Positions 17,968 through 25,608 of a stretch of 35,617 nt of DNA are shown here, in pieces; positions within the stretch are counted from its first letter, which is position 1; every line of letters begins with the position of its first letter. The position numbers were made by a program, and so were the translations under genes. The DNA comes from Tannerellaceae bacterium (lineage in GTDB: Bacteria; Bacteroidota; Bacteroidia; Bacteroidales; Tannerellaceae), in contig DAMCDT010000001.1 in assembly GCA_032058265.1 (NCBI GenBank), positions 507 to 36,123 on the forward strand. The letters are read 5' to 3'. The notes under the pieces are model-generated. The model had not been told where the DNA came from. It worked only from the letters and a program-made list of their open reading frames with translations, and did not search any database.

Positions 17968-18237
17968 TTACTTTCTAATACCAAGTTCTTTGATGATGGC
18001 ACGATATCTTTCGATATCTGTCTTGATCAAATAATCAAGTAAGCGACGACGTTTACCTACTAACATCTTAAGCGCTCTTTCAGTGCTGTAATCTTTGTGA
18101 TTCTTTTTAAGATGTTCTGTCAGGTGTGAAATACGGAAAGAGAACAGCGCGATCTGGCTCTCTGCAGAACCTGTGTCTGTAGAAGACTTTCCATACTTTT
18201 CAAATAATTCTTGTTTTTTTGCTGAATCTATATACAT
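17968..18237 (-). CDS. rpsO: 30S ribosomal protein S15
   Basis: 89 aa with DTGSAESQIAL..LTEHLK..HKDYS..LVGKRRRLLDYL..LGIRK. Confidence 0.99.
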   Translation of the reverse strand: MYIDSAKKQELFEKYGKSSTDTGSAESQIALFSFRISHLTEHLKKNHKDYSTERALKMLVGKRRRLLDYLIKTDIERYRAIIKELGIRK

Positions 18238-18285
18238 GATTCTTCTCTACTTTAATAAATTAATACTATATTATCTAAGCGGATG

Positions 18286-18293
18286 CAAAGATA
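18286..18293 (-). promoter_or_regulatory. Housekeeping promoter -7 element of rpsO
   Basis: TATCTTTG(CA) on the minus strand, about 50 bp upstream of rpsO. Confidence 0.7.
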
Positions 18294-18357
18294 GAGATTA
18301 CTTTTTGATTAACAACAGTTTTCGTTGGTTTTTTATTTAGGGCACGTTTTTTTATTG

Positions 18358-18365
18358 TACCTTTG
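18358..18365 (+). promoter_or_regulatory. Housekeeping promoter -7 element of typA
   Basis: TACCTTTG(CA), 20 bp upstream of the typA ATG. Confidence 0.7.
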
Positions 18366-18385
18366 CACCCACAAAATTAGTATCG

Positions 18386-20188
18386 ATGCAAAAGATTAGG
18401 AATATTGCGATAATCGCACATGTGGATCACGGAAAGACAACACTCGTAGATAAAATGCTATTGGCAGGAAAACTCTTCAGGGAGGGACATGAAGACCTCG
18501 ACCAGTTCTTAGACAGTAATGATCTGGAACGCGAACGGGGAATCACTATCCTGGCAAAAAACGTATCTATCCAATATAAAGGCTATAAGATAAATATTAT
18601 AGATACTCCGGGGCACGCCGACTTTGGGGGCGAAGTAGAACGAGTATTAAATATGGCGGATGGTTGCCTGCTTTTAGTAGATGCTTTTGAAGGACCTATG
18701 CCTCAAACTCGTTTTGTTTTGCAGAAAGCCATTCAGTTAGGATTAAAGCCTATTGTGGTAATCAATAAAGTAGACAAACCGAATTGCCGCCCGTCTGAAG
18801 TACAGGAGATGGTTTTCGACCTGATGTTCAGCCTGGATGCCACAGAAGAACAACTTGATTTCCCGACTATCTATGGTTCGGCTAAACAAGGCTGGATGTC
18901 TGAAGACTGGCAAAAACCCACTGATAATATCTTTCCCCTGTTGGATGCCATCATCGAATATATTCCCGAACCGGAAGTCCTGGAAGGGGATTCTCAAATG
19001 TTGATCACCTCTTTGGACTACTCAAAATATGTGGGACGTATCGCTGTAGGACGTGTACACCGTGGAGAATTAAAAGAAGGGCAAGACGTTATGCTTTGCA
19101 AGCGTGACGGTTCGTTCGTGAAGTCCAGGATAAAAGAACTGAATGTTTTCGAAGGACTGGGAAGAGCTAAAGTCGCTTCTGTTAAATCAGGTGATATCTG
19201 CGCGCTGATCGGTATAGAAGGTTTTGAAATTGGTGAAACCATCGCCGATGTAAATAATCCTGAACCACTTCCAACCATTGCTATCGATGAACCTACGATG
19301 TCAATGTTGTTTACCATTAATAATTCTCCTTTCTTTGGGAAAGATGGTAAGTTCGTGACTTCTCGCCATATCTTTGAACGCCTCCAAAAGGAATTGGATA
19401 AGAATCTCGCTTTACGTGTCGAGCCGACAGACTCGGCAGATTCATGGCTGGTTTATGGACGTGGCGTACTTCATTTATCGGTATTGATTGAAACCATGCG
19501 GCGTGAAGGATATGAATTGCAGGTAGGACAACCCCAGGTTATCGTTAAAGAAATAGACGGTGTTAAATGTGAGCCCGTTGAACAATTAACCATAAACCTG
19601 CCGGAAGAAAGTTCCAGCCGTATCATTGATATTGTAACGAAGCGTAAAGGTGAAATGACCATGATGGAAAGCAAGAACGAACGCATGTATCTTGAATTTG
19701 CCATTCCATCACGTGGTATTATCGGAATGAATAATTCTATCCTTACAGCCTCAGCGGGTGAAGCGATCATTGCCCACCGTTTTCTTGAATTTCAACCCTG
19801 GAAAGGAGATATCGAACGTCGTATTAACGGTTCGATCATTGCCATGGAAACGGGGACAGCTTATGCGTATGCCCTGAACAATCTTCAATCACGCGGTCGT
19901 TTCTTTATATCTCCGCAAGATGAAGTTTATGCCGGGCAGGTAGTCGGTGAACATACAAAAGAAGGTGATCTGGTTGTTAACGTAACCAAATCCAAGAAAC
20001 TGACTAATATGCGCGCTTCCGGATCGGATGATAAAGTTGCATTAGCGCCTCCGGTAGTATTCAGCCTTGAAGATGCGTTGGAATATATTAAGGTAGACGA
20101 ATATGTAGAGATCACTCCCAACTATATGCGTATGCGTAAAATCCTTCTGGACGAAAACGAACGCAAAAGACAAAGTAAAAACGCATAA
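18386..20188 (+). CDS. typA: Translational GTPase TypA/BipA
   Basis: [60 protein letters not shown] and [12 protein letters not shown]. Confidence 0.99.
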   Translation: MQKIRNIAIIAHVDHGKTTLVDKMLLAGKLFREGHEDLDQFLDSNDLERERGITILAKNVSIQYKGYKINIIDTPGHADFGGEVERVLNMADGCLLLVDAFEGPMPQTRFVLQKAIQLGLKPIVVINKVDKPNCRPSEVQEMVFDLMFSLDATEEQLDFPTIYGSAKQGWMSEDWQKPTDNIFPLLDAIIEYIPEPEVLEGDSQMLITSLDYSKYVGRIAVGRVHRGELKEGQDVMLCKRDGSFVKSRIKELNVFEGLGRAKVASVKSGDICALIGIEGFEIGETIADVNNPEPLPTIAIDEPTMSMLFTINNSPFFGKDGKFVTSRHIFERLQKELDKNLALRVEPTDSADSWLVYGRGVLHLSVLIETMRREGYELQVGQPQVIVKEIDGVKCEPVEQLTINLPEESSSRIIDIVTKRKGEMTMMESKNERMYLEFAIPSRGIIGMNNSILTASAGEAIIAHRFLEFQPWKGDIERRINGSIIAMETGTAYAYALNNLQSRGRFFISPQDEVYAGQVVGEHTKEGDLVVNVTKSKKLTNMRASGSDDKVALAPPVVFSLEDALEYIKVDEYVEITPNYMRMRKILLDENERKRQSKNA

Positions 20189-20319
20189 TAATAGCAATCC
20201 TCATATTTGTTTCTTATTTTTGTTTCAAATTGATATTAAAACTTGAAATATTTAATCGTTATTAATCCTTATTGGATTTGCTAAGTCTAAACAATAAATA
20301 AAACAGAGAGGAGGAGTTT

Positions 20320-21138
20320 ATGAAAAAGCTAGTTTCTTTATTCGCGTTCGTTTCAATCCTACTTACAAGTTGTGTAACATATCAGACATTAAATTTGAAT
20401 CGTTTGACAACCGGCATGTCTAAAGCCGAAGTAGAGATGGTAGCAGGATATCCCAACAGGGTACTTGCAGTGAGTGATACACGTGATGGTTATATGGAAG
20501 TATTGGAATACAGGACATCAGGCGGCGACTATTACGCACTGGAGTTCTGGAATGATTACTTGGTAGGATATGAATACCTGGAAAGTGATGTAGCATACGT
20601 ACCGGCACCGGCACCACCGGCTTATTATCCTCCTTATGGAAGAGCCGTAGTTGCCATTCCTGCACGGGTACGCCCGGTTGCCCCCAATCCTCCGGTAGTG
20701 ATCCAGAATAATTATTACAATAACCAGACAACGTCTCGTCCGTCGACAAGCCGTCCGTCAACAAGCCAATCGGCAGCTAACCGTCCGGTAGAAAGAGTAC
20801 AGTCGTCGGGTTCAGCAAACAGGGTAACATCAAGTAGTAGTAGTTCAGGTACAGGAAACAGGACAAGCACTACCACCCAACGCTCAACTACAACGACACA
20901 GAGCAACAGGAATGCAACGACCACCCAGCGGTCAACATCAACAGCTCCGGCACAAACGAACAGAAGCAGCAGCACTACAACTAATACGACGAACAGGTCA
21001 TCCAGTAGTGTTTCGAGCGATAGTAACAGAAGCAGCACTAACCGTTCAAGCACGACTTCCAGTTCAAGCGGAACAAGCAGAAGCTCATCATCATCCTCTT
21101 CTTCCTCATCAAGATCAAGTGGAAGCCGTACAAGATAA
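20320..21138 (+). CDS. Lipoprotein with a small SmpA/OmlA-like domain and a Ser/Thr/Arg-rich disordered tail
   Basis: Lipobox LLTS-C, LTTGMSKAEVEMVAGYP motif, Pro/Tyr-rich linker and about 135 low-complexity C-terminal residues. Confidence 0.75.
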   Translation: MKKLVSLFAFVSILLTSCVTYQTLNLNRLTTGMSKAEVEMVAGYPNRVLAVSDTRDGYMEVLEYRTSGGDYYALEFWNDYLVGYEYLESDVAYVPAPAPPAYYPPYGRAVVAIPARVRPVAPNPPVVIQNNYYNNQTTSRPSTSRPSTSQSAANRPVERVQSSGSANRVTSSSSSSGTGNRTSTTTQRSTTTTQSNRNATTTQRSTSTAPAQTNRSSSTTTNTTNRSSSSVSSDSNRSSTNRSSTTSSSSGTSRSSSSSSSSSSRSSGSRTR

Positions 21139-21151
21139 CGTATAAATACAG

Positions 21152-22300
21152 TTATTTTTTCAATTTGGGAGATAAAGCCAACAGGTACAATACGCCGACC
21201 GCCATTACGATCAATGCGCCTGCCTGAGTTCCCATAGCGTCCGAAGTTACACCCATAATTAACGGGAAGATAGTTCCACCGAATAAACCCATAATCATCA
21301 ATCCGGATACTTCATTCTTCTTATCCGGCATACGGAGTAATGCCTGCGACATTATAACAGGGAAGATGTTGGAATTACCGAAACCAATCAATCCTATACA
21401 TATATATATAGGTATAAGCCCCTGAAAGAAGAAAAGTCCTCCGAATCCGGCAATCATACAAATAACACTGATCAGGAAAAACAATTTGGAAGAGTATTTC
21501 GCCAGAATAAAAGTGCCTAATAAACAACCAACCGTACGGAACAAGAAATATACGCTTGTCGCGTACCCTGCGTCTGCGAGCCCCATTCCCAGACGTTCCA
21601 TCAATATTTTAGGAGCTGTTACATTTACTCCTACATCGATACCTACGTGGCACATAATTCCCAGAAAAGATAACAGGATCATCTTATTTCCCAATAAGGC
21701 GAAGCATTGTCCGAAAGTAGATATTTCCCCTTTTTCGTCTTGTTCTTTTATTTGTGTTAACCCTAAACTAAATATAGCGATGATAGCGACCGACATAAAT
21801 ATCGGGAACAAGTACTTCCAGTCACCTAACGAAGCGGCAGCCCAGGCAGCAATAATAGGGGCAATAAAAGACGCTATCGCTTTGACGAATTGACCGAAAG
21901 TCATAGAACTTGCCAAACGTTCATTACTAACAATATTTGAAAGAAGCGGATTGAGTGATACCTGCATCAATGTATTCCCAATACCCAATAAAGAGAAAGA
22001 GATGAGCATCGATATAAACGAATAATTAATTAGAGGCAGAAGTAAGGAAACGATGGTTACTCCCAGACTTATCAGTACGGTGCTCCGCCGTCCGATCCTA
22101 TTCATAAGCATTCCGGTCGGAACGGAAAAGATCAGGAACCAAAAGAATACCATCGACGGGAAAAGGTTAGCCAAGGTATCTGACAATTCAAAATCGACCT
22201 TCGCGTAATTCGTGGCAATTCCTACCAGGTCGACAAAACCCATCACGAAGAAGGCCAACATGACCGGTAGTAGTTTTACTATTATATTTTTTTCTTTCAT
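21152..22300 (-). CDS. MFS sugar permease (FucP-like; probable fructose permease)
   Basis: About 12 TM segments, GMLMNRIGRR and LMQVSLNPL motifs. In an operon with fructokinase and GH32. Confidence 0.88.
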   Translation of the reverse strand: MKEKNIIVKLLPVMLAFFVMGFVDLVGIATNYAKVDFELSDTLANLFPSMVFFWFLIFSVPTGMLMNRIGRRSTVLISLGVTIVSLLLPLINYSFISMLISFSLLGIGNTLMQVSLNPLLSNIVSNERLASSMTFGQFVKAIASFIAPIIAAWAAASLGDWKYLFPIFMSVAIIAIFSLGLTQIKEQDEKGEISTFGQCFALLGNKMILLSFLGIMCHVGIDVGVNVTAPKILMERLGMGLADAGYATSVYFLFRTVGCLLGTFILAKYSSKLFFLISVICMIAGFGGLFFFQGLIPIYICIGLIGFGNSNIFPVIMSQALLRMPDKKNEVSGLMIMGLFGGTIFPLIMGVTSDAMGTQAGALIVMAVGVLYLLALSPKLKK

Positions 22301-22305
22301 AATGC

Positions 22306-23172
22306 TTATTTATTAGGATATGGAGGCCATGCCCCGTTCTGTGTACAAACAAATGCGGCAATATCGACAGCTTTTTGGTGAGCTTCCTTTAATGATTTGC
22401 CGGTTAAGATGGAATAAACGAAAGCGCCTGAGAAAGCATCGCCAGCGCCAACCGTATCGGCAACCGTCACTTTGGGTGTCTGGATGGTGGATTGTTCCCC
22501 TTCCGAATAAATCGTACTGTATTCGCTACCGGCAGTCAAAACCAGATAACGTAAATCAAACTTGCGGATGAACCATCTGCATTTGTCTTCCGTACTTCCT
22601 TCCAGGCCAAACATCGGAGTGATCACTTCCAATTCCTCATCATTGATCTTAAAGACATTCGCTTTCGACAATAACGATTTAATCAATTCTTTTGAATAAT
22701 AATGCTGGCGGATATTAATGTCAAAGAAACGTAAAGCATCTTTAGACGCATACGTTAGCAATGCTGCCAATGTCTCCCTTGAAACGGGTGAACGTTGGGC
22801 TAATGTACCGAAACAAATAGCATCTGCCCTTTTAATCAGGTCTATCGACTGCTGCGTTAAAGGCATATAGTCCCAGGCAACGCCTTCGATGATGGTATAA
22901 GTCGGTTTGCCGTCATTCAGTTCCACCATTACACTTCCGGTAGGATGATCGATTGTCTCAATAACATACCGGATATGATTCTTATCCAGTTCCTGAATGA
23001 TTTCCGTACCGAATACATCATTACCCACAGCGCTGATCGCATACCCCTCAGCTCCCAACTGACTGGCATGATAGACAAAATTAATAGGTGCGCCTCCGGC
23101 TTTTTTCTCGTTGGGAAATACATCCCATAATAATTCACCGATTCCTACTATAACCGGTTTCTTGTTTTCCAT
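22306..23172 (-). CDS. PfkB-family carbohydrate kinase (probable fructokinase)
   Basis: GIGELLWD..GGAPINF, FFDINIRQ, KINDEEL and the DTVGAGDAF PfkB signature. Confidence 0.92.
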   Translation of the reverse strand: MENKKPVIVGIGELLWDVFPNEKKAGGAPINFVYHASQLGAEGYAISAVGNDVFGTEIIQELDKNHIRYVIETIDHPTGSVMVELNDGKPTYTIIEGVAWDYMPLTQQSIDLIKRADAICFGTLAQRSPVSRETLAALLTYASKDALRFFDINIRQHYYSKELIKSLLSKANVFKINDEELEVITPMFGLEGSTEDKCRWFIRKFDLRYLVLTAGSEYSTIYSEGEQSTIQTPKVTVADTVGAGDAFSGAFVYSILTGKSLKEAHQKAVDIAAFVCTQNGAWPPYPNK

Positions 23173-23185
23173 GATATGATTGTTT

Positions 23186-24991
23186 TTAATGAGTTAAAGG
23201 ATAGATAGTACATGCAGTTACCGAATACGAACCGCCCAGGCTGTGGAAACGGATATTGTTATAAGGTTCTTCAGGAAATACTATATTCGTCATAACAAAT
23301 TCACCCTTGCCGTCAAAGGCTTCTATACTTGATTTATCCACAAATAACCGGATCATATACTCTTTCCCTGCCGGAGCCGGTGCAGTAGTTGCACATGGAA
23401 AGGAAGTATTGAAGTTAGTAAGTCCGCTATTCCGGCGATCCATTGTAAAGGTATTATTCAATGTATTATAAAACATTTCCACTTTTTCCCCTTTGGAATT
23501 AAACAGGTCAAAACCTATAACACGGGCATTGTTATTACGTAATTTTATTTCCACTTCAAAAGCTCCTCTATTTTCAGCCAGTAATGTATTCACTTCTTTC
23601 GCACCGTTGACAGTGAATGATCCTTTCTTTTCGGCCTTCCCACGTATTTTTAGTAATTCGGGCGAAGGAACACTGCTCAGGAATGTTTCACCATTCTTTA
23701 TATAAAGTTCCAGGTCACGAGGTATAGAATTAGCTGAGCGGTATTGTTTGGTAGGTACCTGATTAGCATATTGCCAGTTACTCATCCAAGCAAGCGCGAT
23801 TACACGGCTATCCGGCGCGTTACTCCAGGTAACGGTTGCGTAATGGTCTTTCCCCCAGTCCATCCATTTCGTTACACTGGACGATTCATTAATAAACTTC
23901 TTCCCGTCAAATATTCCTGTAAAATATTGTGTGCCCGATCCTCCTTGAGGCCCTCCGGGATTAATATTGCATATCAATACCCATTTCTTTTGGTTTGTTC
24001 CTTTGACAGGAAGTTCAAACAGATCAGGACATTCCCATACGCCCGCATGACAGCCCATCCCTTCCCCGAAACTGCTTTCGTACGTCCAATCCTTTAGATT
24101 AGGCGAAGAATATATATGCATAACCTGATCCACTGCCAGAATCATGATCCATTTATTTGTTTCTGTATGCCAGAACACTTTCGGATCGCGGAAATCACGT
24201 ATAGACGAAGTCAGTATCGGATTCTTGTCATACTTTAGGAATGTTTTACCGTTATCCAGACTGTAAGCCAAGCTTTGCGCCTGACGGTCTCCTGCCGACG
24301 TATAAAAAGCAACAATGGCGTTCGCTCCGAAACCGGCTGTATTATCCTTATCTACTACGGCGCTGCCGCTGAAGATAGTTCCTAACGCATCCGGTGCAAT
24401 GGCAACAGGTTGATGCTCCCATGAGGTAAGGTCTTTACTGGTGGCATGTCCCCAATGCATATTACCCCACATAGATCCATACGGATTATATTGATAGAAT
24501 AAATGATAAACACCATCTTTGTATACCATTCCATTCGGATCGTTCATCCATCCCCAGACAGGAGAAAAATGATATGCTGGACGATGCTTCTCACGATTCG
24601 AAGCATCAAACGTTCCGGAGAGTTTCATTTCCTTCCAGCAAACCGCTTCATCCGGTACCGGACGGAATGTGAGAAGTACCTGATCATTTTCAAAAGCCGT
24701 TAGATCGACAGGCACGAAATAATCTACCTTATTTACGGCCAACCTCACATCCAACGATCTTACCGCATGGTTATTTACGATCATTTGCACCTTAGCCTCA
24801 CGTGATGCCTCTTCTATGGGAAGCAGCAGGTACTTTTGCGGTGTATCAATACGAAGAAGGCTATGCCCTTCTCCCTGATAACTGACAGTCAATTTATTCC
24901 CTTGTGCAATAGCAGTTGTTGCCATTATAATTGATAATGTAATTGTAATGAATAGAACATTCATTGTCGAAAGATGTTTTCGGTTTTTCAT
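23186..24991 (-). CDS. GH32 beta-fructofuranosidase/levanase with a DUF4980-like N-terminal domain
   Basis: Catalytic motifs WMNDPNG, FSGS, FRDPKV and WECPD, plus a signal peptide. Start moved from 25051 to 24991 (or 24964) because a promoter lies inside the longer ORF. Confidence 0.95.
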   Translation of the reverse strand: MKNRKHLSTMNVLFITITLSIIMATTAIAQGNKLTVSYQGEGHSLLRIDTPQKYLLLPIEEASREAKVQMIVNNHAVRSLDVRLAVNKVDYFVPVDLTAFENDQVLLTFRPVPDEAVCWKEMKLSGTFDASNREKHRPAYHFSPVWGWMNDPNGMVYKDGVYHLFYQYNPYGSMWGNMHWGHATSKDLTSWEHQPVAIAPDALGTIFSGSAVVDKDNTAGFGANAIVAFYTSAGDRQAQSLAYSLDNGKTFLKYDKNPILTSSIRDFRDPKVFWHTETNKWIMILAVDQVMHIYSSPNLKDWTYESSFGEGMGCHAGVWECPDLFELPVKGTNQKKWVLICNINPGGPQGGSGTQYFTGIFDGKKFINESSSVTKWMDWGKDHYATVTWSNAPDSRVIALAWMSNWQYANQVPTKQYRSANSIPRDLELYIKNGETFLSSVPSPELLKIRGKAEKKGSFTVNGAKEVNTLLAENRGAFEVEIKLRNNNARVIGFDLFNSKGEKVEMFYNTLNNTFTMDRRNSGLTNFNTSFPCATTAPAPAGKEYMIRLFVDKSSIEAFDGKGEFVMTNIVFPEEPYNNIRFHSLGGSYSVTACTIYPLTH

Positions 24992-25009
24992 TCTATAGCA
25001 ATTTGTTCG

Positions 25010-25066
25010 CAAAGCTACAACCGGCAAAACTGATGCACTATAACAAAACACATATAGGCTATAACA
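25010..25066 (-). promoter_or_regulatory. GH32 operon promoter with candidate HTCS operator
   Basis: TAGCTTTG at 25010-25017 (minus strand). Direct repeat CTATAACA at 25038-25045 and 25059-25066, a 21-bp period. Confidence 0.7.
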
Positions 25067-25213
25067 TTTGTCACATCTCCTAAATTAAGGGATCTGAACG
25101 TCAAAAATAGGAAACCAGCTACTATGGCACAGCCGGTTGTATTCTGCAAACAAATATTTTTACATAATTTCAAACATGTGTCATAAAATATTGATTATCA
25201 ACCAAATAAAGCA

Positions 25214-25286
25214 TGTTTTAGGCGTGTTTTAAGTGTGTTTTAAGTGTTATAGTGTGATAAAGTAATAACACTTAAAACACGCTTAA
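25214..25286. repeat. 11-bp tandem repeat (x3) folded into a 22-bp inverted repeat
   Basis: TGTTTTAGGCG-TGTTTTAAGTG-TGTTTTAAGTG. 25229-25250 pairs with 25265-25286 at 21/22 positions. Confidence 0.8.
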
Positions 25287-25400
25287 CCTGCTGCCTACTT
25301 GATGATTGTGACAGAGTGATACAAATTTCAAAGGAATATCTGTTTGGTAGAAACGGAAACACTTAGTCATTTCTTAGGTTGAACAGAACAGGTTGTAAAT

Positions 25401-25526
25401 AAAAACGACAATGGCTTAAAAAGTTACGACAATGCTTCATAAAAATTACCACAGTGGTTTGTAAAAGTTATTGTGATGACTTTTACAAACCATTGTGATA
25501 ACTTCTTTCAATCATCGTATTGTTTT
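25401..25526. repeat. Degenerate ~22-bp tandem repeats arranged as a foldback
   Basis: Units ACGACAATGGCTTAAAAAGTT / ACGACAATGCTTCATAAAAATT / ACCACAGTGGTTTGTAAAAGTT, then inverted copies. 25446-25468 pairs with 25479-25501 at 21/23 positions. Confidence 0.75.
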
Positions 25527-25608
25527 GACTAAAAAACAGATTCTGTTTCACTTGTTATCACTTTACGGGCTTTTATCAAATAGGATACGAGCAAAATTAT
25601 TTCGCACG

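Noticed and set aside
18238..18285. S15 autoregulatory leader RNA
   Set aside because: The 5' UTR is short and AU-rich with no convincing structure. An Rfam search would be needed to say more.
20420..21145. Alternative-frame ORFs (114, 112 and 77 aa), one of them very hydrophobic
   Set aside because: These are by-products of the low-complexity Ser/Thr codons of the lipoprotein gene.
24992..25051. N-terminal extension of GH32 in the ORF track (MFCYSASV..)
   Set aside because: It contains the -7 promoter box and part of the operator, and the signal peptide begins further downstream.
25214..25549. Possible CRISPR array
   Set aside because: The repeats are adjacent and mirrored with no unique ~30-bp spacers, and there are no cas genes in the window.
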